Of a stretch of DNA of 64,000 nucleotides, positions 27,769 through 36,846 are shown one piece after another. The stretch is from Desulfobacterales bacterium (lineage in GTDB: Bacteria > Desulfobacterota > Desulfobacteria > Desulfobacterales > UBA11574): contig JAJDND010000055.1 of NCBI GenBank assembly GCA_022340885.1, forward strand, positions 1,907-65,906. The letters are read 5' to 3'. The notes beneath the pieces were generated by a model. The model was not told the DNA's origin, ran no database searches, and saw nothing but the letters and a program-made list of their open reading frames with translations. The translations under genes and the position numbers were made by a program. Position 1 is the stretch's first letter. Each line of letters starts with the position of its first letter.

Positions 27769-29496
27769 GTGAAAATATTGCTGATATATCCATACTGGCT
27801 TGAAAACCGGGCCGATATCCAAGACATCTCGGTTCCTCCCATCGGCATGTATTATATCGGGGCCGTCTTAAAAAAGAACCATTACGATGTAGAGATATTG
27901 AACTGGTGCACCATCAATGAAACGCCCGAAGAGATCGAAAAGATTCTCCTTGAAAAAAAACCCGATATCATCGGATTTTCCATCTTACAGGCCAACCGTT
28001 GGGGCGGCATCGAAATTGCCGGGATTGCCAAAAAGATCCATCCCAACGTTAAAATTATTTTCGGCGGTGTGACGCCGACATTTTTGTGGAAACATTTTTT
28101 AACCTATTTTAAAGACATCGACGTAGTGGTGATCGGGGAAGGGGAATATACATTTTTAAATCTCGTAAAATATTTTGAAAATGCCAAGGCGCACCGGTTG
28201 AAAGATATTCGAGGCATTGCCTATCGGAAAAAAAATGAGATTTTACGGACAGCGCCGGCCGAACCGGTTCATGACTTGAATGCGCTTCCAATTCCGGCAA
28301 AATATTTTGAATACCGGCATCTGGCGCTGACCCGGGGGTGCCCCGGCAAATGCACATTTTGCGGGTCACCAAAATTTTGGGGGCCTAAGGTCAGGTTTCA
28401 TTCCGTAAACTATTTTGTCGACGAACTCCAACGGCTTTATCGAAAAGGCATCCGGTTTTTCTATTTTTCAGATGACACGTTTAGTGTGGATAAATCACGG
28501 GTTATCGAAATTTGTAAAAAAATCCTGGAAAAAAGACTCGATATCACATGGGTGGCCATTTCCCGCGTTAACACGATGAACGAAGACATCCTTTACTGGA
28601 TGAGAAAAGCCGGCTGTATCCAGATCAGCTACGGTGTGGAAAGCGGTTCGGAAAAAATCAGACATTTTCTGAATAAAAAAATCACCACCGATTCGATAGA
28701 AAAGGCGTTTGCCATGACACTTCGGTACGGCATATTGCCCCGCGCCTATTTTATCTATGGATGTCCCGGAGAAAACCGCAAAACCATTGAGGAAACCATT
28801 GACCTTATCAAAAGGATCAAACCCCTGGTCATTCATTTTTTCGTTCTATCATTGTTTCCCGGTACGCACCTGTATGACGTATACCGGAAAAAAGCGGGAA
28901 TTACCGAGGATATCTGGTTGAACAAGATCGAGGACATCAAGTATTTTGAAACCGATCCTGATTTGTCGGCCGAAGATGTACTTTCATTCGGAAAAATATT
29001 GCGGGAACGATACCATGAAATGATTCCCGAAATCGTGGATACGATTTCGCTGGTCGATAAGAAAGAGTTGTACCCCATGCATGCCGATTTTTGCGCCAGG
29101 CTCGGAATGACTTTTGATCACGGAGATTACGCCCATAACGATGCGATCCAGGGAAAAGAAAAAATTGCCGAAAAATTATATCTCAAGGCGCTGACCTATC
29201 ATCCGCATCCCAGCGCCTACATTGGTTTGGGGATATTGAATCAAAAGAAAGGCGCCTACAAAGATTCCATTAAAATTCTTTCGGAAGGCAGTGGATATTT
29301 TCCGGACAACGAGCCGCTCAATATATGCCTCGGCGTCAGCATTATGAATGTCGGGGATTTTAACACGGCGTTGTCGATTTTCTTAAAATTTCAACATTCG
29401 AAGCAGGCGCTCGAGTTGATTGTCAACTGTTACCGAGCATTAAACGATAGTAAAAACGCATCCGCTTATAACAAAAAACTTGCCTCGACAGCATAG
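27769..29496 (+). CDS. B12-binding radical SAM protein with C-terminal TPR
   Basis: PPIGMYY, IGEGE, RGCPGKCTFC and YGVESGS; TPR-like tail. GTG start inferred. Confidence 0.88.
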   Translation: MKILLIYPYWLENRADIQDISVPPIGMYYIGAVLKKNHYDVEILNWCTINETPEEIEKILLEKKPDIIGFSILQANRWGGIEIAGIAKKIHPNVKIIFGGVTPTFLWKHFLTYFKDIDVVVIGEGEYTFLNLVKYFENAKAHRLKDIRGIAYRKKNEILRTAPAEPVHDLNALPIPAKYFEYRHLALTRGCPGKCTFCGSPKFWGPKVRFHSVNYFVDELQRLYRKGIRFFYFSDDTFSVDKSRVIEICKKILEKRLDITWVAISRVNTMNEDILYWMRKAGCIQISYGVESGSEKIRHFLNKKITTDSIEKAFAMTLRYGILPRAYFIYGCPGENRKTIEETIDLIKRIKPLVIHFFVLSLFPGTHLYDVYRKKAGITEDIWLNKIEDIKYFETDPDLSAEDVLSFGKILRERYHEMIPEIVDTISLVDKKELYPMHADFCARLGMTFDHGDYAHNDAIQGKEKIAEKLYLKALTYHPHPSAYIGLGILNQKKGAYKDSIKILSEGSGYFPDNEPLNICLGVSIMNVGDFNTALSIFLKFQHSKQALELIVNCYRALNDSKNASAYNKKLASTA

Positions 29497-29673
29497 AAGT
29501 GGTTTCCAGAGCCTTCCCTCGGGTTCAATCTTCCACCTTCGCGATAGCTACGACGGGACAATCTGTGTTGGACTGAGACGTCCAATCCTCGAAATATTCC
29601 CGATATTCCTGCGGTTGGCCGCCTCAGTCCGTCTTGACCTTAAGCCCGATTGAAGGTTTTGAAACCACTTCTA
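29494..29673. mobile_element. hairpin MITE-like element, subfamily A (supplies the stop codon of the upstream gene)
   Basis: TIR TAGAAGTGGTTTC...GAAACCACTTCTA; near-identical copy at 51019-51195. Confidence 0.8.
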
Positions 29674-29714
29674 AGGAAAAAAATCAGTATCGATTAAAAC
29701 CGGTTTGCTTCCAA

Positions 29715-30635
29715 TTACACTCGACGGGACGCTATGGATATCCAGTCTTCATCGACAAGGATCTCGATGTTCCGTAGCCCTGCATGTTTTATTTCATCCA
29801 GAATCTTATTTTTATCTGCCAAAAGGATGCCCGAACAGATGAATATGCCGTCTTTAAGCAGTATTTTCGGTATATTTTCGAGAAGAATCGAAACGGCTTT
29901 CGTTGTGAGGTTGGCGGCCGCCAGATTAAACCGCTGGGTTATCCCATTGACCAGATCACCGTTGATGATGGCAAAGGCGGATTCCGGTATCTGATTGTGC
30001 ATTAAATTTTTCCGGGCAGTTTCCGCTGCAACCGCATCATTGTCGGTTCCCAAAATCTTTCCTGCACCGAGCTTTGCCGCCGCAATCATGAGGATGCCCG
30101 AGCCGGTGCCCACATCCAGAAACGTATCGCTTTTATTCAAATATTTTTCTATCAGGGCGATACACATGCGCGTCGTGGGATGGGTGCCGGTACCAAAGGC
30201 CATCCCGGGATCGATTTCGAGAACGATTTCTTTTTCATTTTGCAAATAGTCTCGCCAGGTCGGTTTGATAACAATCCGATCAGTGATTTTTTCAGGGTGA
30301 AAATAGGTTTTCCAGGATTCGGCCCAGTTCGCTTCATCCACATTGCCGTAGAAAATGCGGTATTGAATGCCGATCTTTTTTTCAAGCCTTGCCAGACCTT
30401 CTTCAATGGTTTTGCACTTTTTCCCTAATGTATTGTCATCCGGAAGATAGCCGATGATGGCATCGTTTTCAGGGATAACGGCATGGTCGTCCCAGTCTTC
30501 GAAACCTTCGACCTGGGATTCCTCGACCACAACGCCTTTCAGGTCAAGGTCATAAAACAAATCGGATATGATATCCACGGCCAGTTGCCTGTCATTGAAA
30601 ATAAAAACCACTTTGACTTCGATCCATTTCATCAT
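29715..30635 (-). CDS. prmA: ribosomal protein L11 methyltransferase
   Basis: WAESWKTYF, IDPGMAFGTGTHPTT and LDVGTGSGIL. Confidence 0.95.
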   Translation of the reverse strand: MMKWIEVKVVFIFNDRQLAVDIISDLFYDLDLKGVVVEESQVEGFEDWDDHAVIPENDAIIGYLPDDNTLGKKCKTIEEGLARLEKKIGIQYRIFYGNVDEANWAESWKTYFHPEKITDRIVIKPTWRDYLQNEKEIVLEIDPGMAFGTGTHPTTRMCIALIEKYLNKSDTFLDVGTGSGILMIAAAKLGAGKILGTDNDAVAAETARKNLMHNQIPESAFAIINGDLVNGITQRFNLAAANLTTKAVSILLENIPKILLKDGIFICSGILLADKNKILDEIKHAGLRNIEILVDEDWISIASRRV

Positions 30636-30665
30636 TATCTCAATATTCCAATCAGAAAGAAGCCT

Positions 30666-31964
30666 CTATATCCAAAACTTTTCCTTTGGCGGATTGAAAT
30701 ACCCATATTTTACATCGGGGAAAGAATTTTTAATCCGTGAAATGATGCGATGCATCCCCATGGGGGTTCCGGGTCTCGAAACAGCGGACGTTATTTTCCA
30801 ATACCGTTTCGGATCAAAGTTCAGGTTTCGCCACTGGATCATATTGACGGGATATGCGCGCATCCGTTCGGACAGGGCGTCGAACTCTTCAGGGGTATCG
30901 GTAAACCCAGGACAATTGAGATAGTTGACGGATACGAATTTTTTCTTGATTCTTGCGGTTTCTATACTTTTCATCACATCGTCAAAGGCATATCCTTTGG
31001 GCCGGAAATACGCATCATAGCAAGGTATTCGAAAACTGTTCAGACTGATGCGAACGCTGTCGAGACCGGCATCAAACAGCGCTGCCAGAATGCCGGGCCT
31101 GCTCCCGTTGGTATTTATGTTGATGGTTCCGCGACGGGTTTTGGATCGAATCTCTTTAATGGCCGGTTCGATGACTTCGGCCGCCAGCAATGGGTCCCCT
31201 TCACACCCCTGGCCAAAACTCACAACGCTTTGTTTGACCCGTTCGATGTGAAAAAGGGCGACTTGGGCAATTTCTTCGGCGGTGGGTTGGAAAGCGATTC
31301 TTTCCTGGCTGTGAGAAATTTCGCCGGTTTTTTGAAGGGACAAACATCCAAGACAACGGGCATTGCATTGCGGAGACGTCGGAAGGGGCGCCTCGTACCT
31401 TCCCAGGAAAAAGTTCTTGGCCGCCGGGCAGCCGTATTCCATGGCGCATTTTTCAAGATGCGCTTCAAGCCGGTTGTGCGGCATTTTTTTTTGAATGCTT
31501 CTGATTCCCGCCATCACATTTTCGGGTTTCATTCTTCGCAAATCCTGTCTCTTTTCCCGATCCACCAGGATGACGGCGGATCGGAATTTATTGTTGTGCC
31601 ATCCCACGGCGCCGTAAGAAAACAGCGGGAGAATGCCGGCGGTCCGATTTTCTTCGTAGGCGCTCACAAAAGAGATCACATATCCCGGAGAATTAAATGC
31701 CGCCACCGGAAAGATCGGTTCACCGGGTTTGAAAGGATTTTCCGTAAGAATTTCCATTCGATGTCGGCGGATATTGTATACCACGGGTTTTCTGTCCGGC
31801 ATCAACATCAATTCGCCGCCAAAGGGCATATTCATCGTGTCATCCAGCGTCAAAGGAACCAGAGAAGCACCGGACATACCCATTGCCGCATACCCGTCGA
31901 GATCGAAAATCTCTCCCGCTTTATTGCATACGACCGCTGTGATATATTTTATTCGGTTTTGCAT
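30666..31964 (-). CDS. radical SAM protein
   Basis: CNARCLGC, SFGQGCEGDP and NINTNGS. Confidence 0.88.
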   Translation of the reverse strand: MQNRIKYITAVVCNKAGEIFDLDGYAAMGMSGASLVPLTLDDTMNMPFGGELMLMPDRKPVVYNIRRHRMEILTENPFKPGEPIFPVAAFNSPGYVISFVSAYEENRTAGILPLFSYGAVGWHNNKFRSAVILVDREKRQDLRRMKPENVMAGIRSIQKKMPHNRLEAHLEKCAMEYGCPAAKNFFLGRYEAPLPTSPQCNARCLGCLSLQKTGEISHSQERIAFQPTAEEIAQVALFHIERVKQSVVSFGQGCEGDPLLAAEVIEPAIKEIRSKTRRGTININTNGSRPGILAALFDAGLDSVRISLNSFRIPCYDAYFRPKGYAFDDVMKSIETARIKKKFVSVNYLNCPGFTDTPEEFDALSERMRAYPVNMIQWRNLNFDPKRYWKITSAVSRPGTPMGMHRIISRIKNSFPDVKYGYFNPPKEKFWI

Positions 31965-31969
31965 GTGTT

Positions 31970-32019
31970 TCAGTTCGCCTTGACCTTAAGCCCGATTGAA
32001 GGTTTTGAAACCACTTCTA
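31970..32019. repeat. right-end fragment of MITE subfamily A
   Basis: CTTGACCTTAAGCCCGATTGAAGGTTTTGAAACCACTTCTA is identical to the end of 29494-29673. Confidence 0.8.
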
Positions 32020-32233
32020 TCAAATTTGTTGATAAATGTACAACGAATGGTAAATAAAGTGTTCAGAGTTCAATGTTCAGATTTCAGGAATGCGGAACTC
32101 CCAATTTGCAGTCCTTCGCGGCTTTTTGATTTTTAGCGGTAGAATTAGCAAATACGGTTGAAAATCTGCTCAACTCATCACGTATAATTGCCCTTGGTGA
32201 ACATTGAACACTTTCAATATTGGAGGCTACCCC

Positions 32234-32650
32234 ATGAAAAGTTATCGGAAAGAATTATGGTTTGATGTGCCGACACGCAGAGCTTTTATCAATATCACGC
32301 CTCAGGTTGAAGCCTGCCTCAAGGAGAGCGGCATAAAAGAAGGCTTGGTACTTTGCAACGCCATGCACATTACGGCATCCGTATTTATTAACGACGATGA
32401 ATCGGGCCTTCATCATGATTATGACGTCTGGCTTGAAAAACTGGCACCCCACGAGCCGGTGTCGCAGTACCGGCATAATGTGGGAGAAGACAATGCCGAT
32501 GCGCACATGAAAAGACAGATCATGGGCCGGGAAGTGGTTATGGCCATTACGGAAGGAAGGCTGGATTTCGGAACCTGGGAGCAGATATTTTACGGCGAAT
32601 TCGACGGCCGACGACGCAAAAGAGTCCTTGTGAAGATCATTGGAGCGTAA
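32234..32650 (+). CDS. YjbQ/UPF0047 family protein
   Basis: [20 protein letters not shown] and [13 protein letters not shown]. Confidence 0.9.
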   Translation: MKSYRKELWFDVPTRRAFINITPQVEACLKESGIKEGLVLCNAMHITASVFINDDESGLHHDYDVWLEKLAPHEPVSQYRHNVGEDNADAHMKRQIMGREVVMAITEGRLDFGTWEQIFYGEFDGRRRKRVLVKIIGA

Positions 32651-32658
32651 CTCGTTAT

Positions 32659-34551
32659 CTACTCTAAAAATCCTTCTTTGATGGTAATGTCTGCCTTGCT
32701 TTTGAGCTGGGCCAGCAGCGCATCAAAAATTTCGGACTTTTTTTGAGCCAGCAACTGTTCCCTTATGGTTCCTTTTTCTTTGTCGAATGGTTCTGACGGG
32801 GTTATTTTTCTGCCCTTATACTGGATGACATAATAGCCTTTGGCCCCTTTTAGAACATTTTCCGGCAGCTTCTTATCCCGGCTCAGTTGAAAAGCAGCTT
32901 CAGAAATTCCGCGGTCATATCCGATGTCGGGAATTGAACCATTTCGTTTAAAAAAACCGGTGGTTTTCGGCATCAGATGAAATTTTTTGCTTTCTTCACT
33001 TAAGGGTTTACCGCTTTTTAACGCTGCCAGAAATGATGAGGCATCCGCTTTTGCTTTTTCGTCCTGAATCTCTTTGATTAGATCGGCTTTTACCGTTTGC
33101 CTGACCTTGTCCAAGGGAGGTATTTTGGGCGGGACTTTATCCAACAGTTGAAGAATATAATATCCATCATTAAATTCCCGAACATCGCTGATTTCTCCGG
33201 TTGACAGATCGAATGCGGTATTGGCGAATTTTGAAGGATCGGGAATTCCTTTGGCCGGATTTTCTTTCGAAAAGAAGTCCGTGGTTAAAATTTTCAAGTG
33301 CCGCTCTTTTGCCGCGTTGATCAGATCATCTCCCTGGTAGGCGATGTCGGAGACCGATTCTGCTGCATCATAGGCCAGACTTTTGGCTTTATTATCAGTG
33401 AGTTTCTTTCGGATTTCTTTTTCGGCGTCTTTAAATGGTGTGGTGTGCGCGTCGATGACCTTTTCGACCTTGATAATATGCCACCCGAACCGGGTGCGAA
33501 CCGGTTCGCTAATTTCGCCGGCTTTCATGGAAAAGGCTTTGTCTGCAAAGGGTTTTACCATGGATTCTTTCGTAAATTCACCAAGATATCCACCGTTGTT
33601 TCGGCTGGGTCCTTCCGAATACTTCTTGGCCAATTCTGCGAAATCTTTGCCTTCTCTGGCCATTTTTAATATTTTAAGGGCCTTTTCTTTCGCTTCCTTA
33701 ACGGTTTCGGGATCAGCGTCCGGATTCACCTTTATTAAAATGTGCCTGGCAACGACTTTTTTCGGGATCTTAAACGATTCCAGGTTTTCATCATAATACT
33801 CCCTGACCTCTGAATCGGACAGTTTTACCTTGGATTGATATTGTTTCGGGTCAAAATGAACATATCGCACTTTTATCATGGTATCTGTCTTGTATTTCTC
33901 TTTATGTTTTTCATAAAAAGATTTAATTTGTTCTTCGGAGATCAGGACATTATTATATTGGTTCGGGTCGAAAAATGCGTACTCTATGTCCACAGAAGTA
34001 TTGAGCCAGTCATACCAATCTCTGACTTCCTGATGTGAAACCTTGGCATTGCTTGTAACAAGGGTTCTGAGTTTATCAATCAGCATCTGGTTTTTCTGGG
34101 CAGCTTCGAATGATTCGGGCGTCATCCTGAGACGATCCAGGACACTTTTATAAAGGTATTTGTCAAACACCCCCGACCTCTGGAATGCCGGAATATGTAA
34201 GATCGCATTGGCAAGCTCTTTTTCCGAGACACGAAATTTGAGCTTTTTCGCTTCCTGAACCAAAAGCCTGTTGTTGATCAACCGATCCAGCGCCTGCCTT
34301 TTGACCTGAAGGGTTTTGATCATTTTCTCATCCAGTTTGTTTCCGAATCTTGCGCGCAGTTGTTCCATAAGATTGTTGTATGTGTCCCGATACTCATCCA
34401 GCGTAATTTGATCGCCGTTGACCGTGGCGACCCTGCTGCCCCTTTGCGACCGAAAGCTGCCGACTCCCCAAAAAATAAATACGATGACGATGGCGCCCAA
34501 AAGTATCTTGATCAGCCAGTTTCCGGCATGTTTTCGCATTAACCTGAGCAT
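32659..34551 (-). CDS. ppiD: PpiD/SurA-type membrane-anchored parvulin PPIase
   Basis: N-terminal TM, VATVNG, ARHILI, FAELAKKYSE and GWHIIKV. Confidence 0.85.
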   Translation of the reverse strand: MLRLMRKHAGNWLIKILLGAIVIVFIFWGVGSFRSQRGSRVATVNGDQITLDEYRDTYNNLMEQLRARFGNKLDEKMIKTLQVKRQALDRLINNRLLVQEAKKLKFRVSEKELANAILHIPAFQRSGVFDKYLYKSVLDRLRMTPESFEAAQKNQMLIDKLRTLVTSNAKVSHQEVRDWYDWLNTSVDIEYAFFDPNQYNNVLISEEQIKSFYEKHKEKYKTDTMIKVRYVHFDPKQYQSKVKLSDSEVREYYDENLESFKIPKKVVARHILIKVNPDADPETVKEAKEKALKILKMAREGKDFAELAKKYSEGPSRNNGGYLGEFTKESMVKPFADKAFSMKAGEISEPVRTRFGWHIIKVEKVIDAHTTPFKDAEKEIRKKLTDNKAKSLAYDAAESVSDIAYQGDDLINAAKERHLKILTTDFFSKENPAKGIPDPSKFANTAFDLSTGEISDVREFNDGYYILQLLDKVPPKIPPLDKVRQTVKADLIKEIQDEKAKADASSFLAALKSGKPLSEESKKFHLMPKTTGFFKRNGSIPDIGYDRGISEAAFQLSRDKKLPENVLKGAKGYYVIQYKGRKITPSEPFDKEKGTIREQLLAQKKSEIFDALLAQLKSKADITIKEGFLE

Positions 34552-34614
34552 ATGATTCCTTTCTGTCGATGGTGAAAATCGACCGAGCCCGGATACGACG
34601 TGACAATTCTATGA

Positions 34615-34863
34615 CTAGATAATAATCGACAATGGTTTAACCTGCCGATCGATCTTGCTGCCGACAGACTCCGAACATATTCCGCACAAATATTCATACT
34701 TGTCCCCTTCCGGCAGGACAAGCAGCAACCGTTTGCGAACCGGAACAGCCCTTTTGCATTTCGGGCAGTATAATTCCGTGGCATCAAACTCCTTGAACAT
34801 GCCGCTAGCTTTGGCTCGGGGCGCATATGTTCCCGGTGTTTTCGGGAATCGTCTCGAATTCAT
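34615..34863 (-). CDS. small zinc-ribbon protein
   Basis: CPKC...RLLLVLPEGDKYEYLC..C. Confidence 0.7.
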   Translation of the reverse strand: MNSRRFPKTPGTYAPRAKASGMFKEFDATELYCPKCKRAVPVRKRLLLVLPEGDKYEYLCGICSESVGSKIDRQVKPLSIII

Positions 34864-35032
34864 TGTCTCACCTTATACAATTAAAACTAATCATTGTAGT
34901 TCAATATCTTGTAATTTATAAAACTTTTATACTATTTATTATGCATGATTTTGTCAATACTTTCACGCCACAATTTATCCGAAATATTTATTGACATCCA
35001 CTGCCCTTTTGTTTAATTTGAGTCAATTATCC

Positions 35033-35108
35033 GGGGCTGTAGCTCAGCTGGGAGAGCGCATGACTGGCAGTCATGAGGTCGACGGTTCGATCCCGTTCAG
35101 CTCCACCA
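35033..35108 (+). tRNA. tRNA-Ala(GGC)
   Basis: GGGGCTG acceptor, D loop AGCTGGGA, anticodon arm CATGA-CTGGCAG-TCATG, GGTTCGATCC and encoded CCA. TTGACA at 34991 upstream. Confidence 0.98.
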
Positions 35109-35122
35109 TAGATTACAAGTGG

Positions 35123-35340
35123 TTAGAGGGAGACTGAAGAGGGGAGATCTTGAATTGTGACTGGTTTGTGACCGATCCCTTTATCACTCGCAAAAGCGGT
35201 CAATCTACTGAGCCGGTTGACCGCTTTTCTTTTGTGCGCTTGTGTAAGATGAGCATATCTCAGGTCATGGTCTGTTTGAAACCGTTTTCCTTTCGAATCC
35301 GCTTAAAGAGAGCTTCAAGAGAATCATTCACAGGAATCTG
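35123..35340 (-). pseudogene. tyrosine integrase relic (internally deleted, frameshifted)
   Basis: Manual translation gives QIPVNDSLEALFKRIRKE...MT, then a frameshift to RYAHLTQAHKRKAVNRL (catalytic-Tyr box). Converges on the tRNA 3' end. Confidence 0.7.
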
Positions 35341-35364
35341 ATTCAGTTGTGCGCGCCTAGTCCG

Positions 35365-35452
35365 TGGGGGTGTTTATTATACGTTTAGGAGATTTTCCCA
35401 ATGAAATGAGACATACTCCCTATTGATATATCATGTCGTGGCTGATTATATA
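35365..35452 (+). promoter_or_regulatory. phased palindrome array plus TTGATA -35 (copy 4 of 4)
   Basis: TAGGAGATTTTCCCA 35386, TGAGACATACTCCCTA 35407, TTGATA 35423; same 58-bp register from 35365. Confidence 0.55.
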
Positions 35453-35457
35453 TTATT

Positions 35458-35557
35458 TGAAGATATGAATGTGTCGCGTATATCTTCAGTTCTACCCTCT
35501 CACAATGAAACCCCTGGAAAAATTAACTCCCGCCTCCTCCAGGGGTTTCATGTTTTT
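35458..35557 (+). ncRNA. candidate sRNA or leader with two hairpins and anti-SD loops
   Basis: Stem TGAAGATAT/ATATCTTCA, then a 14-bp stem ATGAAACCCCTGGA/TCCAGGGGTTTCAT plus GTTTTT. The second loop contains CTCCCGCCTCC. Confidence 0.45.
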
Positions 35558-35763
35558 AGGATTCGCCTATTTTCTTTTTAACCGGCCCTGACTGCCTGGT
35601 CAAAGAGGATCTTACGGTCTCACCCAATCGGTTGTATTATTGATTTAGGCCTGAATTTTCATGAATATTGTCAGCTGGTTGAATGATCGCCGTTGACAGT
35701 TACGCCCTTTTACTGCTACTTTCTATCTTAAAATATACAATCGGGAAACCAAAGGGGGTAACG

Positions 35764-36846
35764 GTGGCCAAGCTTCAAAATGATTTGTTTTTGCGTGCTT
35801 GCAAACGCTTGCCGGTTGAAAGAACTCCGATATGGATTATGCGCCAGGCAGGGCGATATTTGCCGGAATATCGCGCGGTTCGCCAACGATATGATTTTCT
35901 CACCATGTGCAAAACACCCGAACTTGCGACCGAAGTGACATTGCAACCCATTGATTTGATAGGGGTTGATGCCGCTATTATTTTTTCAGATATTCTCGTC
36001 ATTCCTGAAGCAATGGGCATGCAATTTGAAATGCACGAAGGCATCGGCCCTGTGTTTCCCCACCCGATCAGAAGCGGAAATGATGCGGATAAGCTTAAAA
36101 AATTAGATCCGACCGTCGATTTGAAATATGTGATGGATGCCGTTGCCTTGACAAAGAAGGGCTTAAGCGGGCGTGTGCCATTGATAGGTTTCAGCGGCTC
36201 TCCATGGACGTTGTTGTCATATATGGTCGAGGGCCAGGGATCCAAGACATTTTCCAAGGTAAAATTTTTGATCTATAATGATCCAAAACTGGCCCATCGG
36301 CTTTTGGATAAAATCGCCGATGCCGCAACGGCATATTTAAGCGCACTTATTGAAGCCGGGGTCAATGCGGTTCAAATATTTGATACCTGGGCCGGAATTC
36401 TTTCCCAAGATGATTTTGAAGAATTTTCTTTGGGCTATATCAGAAAAATAATTTCACGGATCAAAAAAAAGGAAATACCGGTTATTCTCTTCGCAAAAGG
36501 CGTGCACTATCAGTTGAACCGTCTTGCCGGAAGCGGTGCCGATGTGCTGGGCCTTGATTGGACAATGAATATCGGAGAGGTCCGGAAAGAGCTGGGAGAT
36601 AAGGTCTCCCTTCAAGGAAACCTCGATCCCGCAGTTCTTTATGCCGGTCATGAGAAGATAAAATCTGAAGCAAAAAAAATATTGCAAGCATTTGGTAAGG
36701 GAAGCGGGCATATTTTCAATCTCGGCCACGGTATTCCGCCGGATGTCCGGCCGGAAAGCCTTAAAATTTTGGTGGATTTTATTAAAGAAGAAAGCGTTTC
36801 TTATCATATGGATGATAACCAGCACGGGGAGAAAAGTCGTGTTTGA
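35764..36846 (+). CDS. hemE: uroporphyrinogen decarboxylase
   Basis: PIWIMRQAGRYLPEY, FSDIL, QGNLDP and IFNLGHG. GTG start inferred. Confidence 0.96.
   Translation: MAKLQNDLFLRACKRLPVERTPIWIMRQAGRYLPEYRAVRQRYDFLTMCKTPELATEVTLQPIDLIGVDAAIIFSDILVIPEAMGMQFEMHEGIGPVFPHPIRSGNDADKLKKLDPTVDLKYVMDAVALTKKGLSGRVPLIGFSGSPWTLLSYMVEGQGSKTFSKVKFLIYNDPKLAHRLLDKIADAATAYLSALIEAGVNAVQIFDTWAGILSQDDFEEFSLGYIRKIISRIKKKEIPVILFAKGVHYQLNRLAGSGADVLGLDWTMNIGEVRKELGDKVSLQGNLDPAVLYAGHEKIKSEAKKILQAFGKGSGHIFNLGHGIPPDVRPESLKILVDFIKEESVSYHMDDNQHGEKSRV

Noticed and set aside
30750-32057. 435-aa plus-strand ORF
   Set aside because: Antisense shadow of the radical SAM gene with no recognisable motifs; it runs into a MITE fragment.
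35150-35341. 63-aa plus-strand ORF after the tRNA
   Set aside because: The opposite strand carries the integrase motifs.
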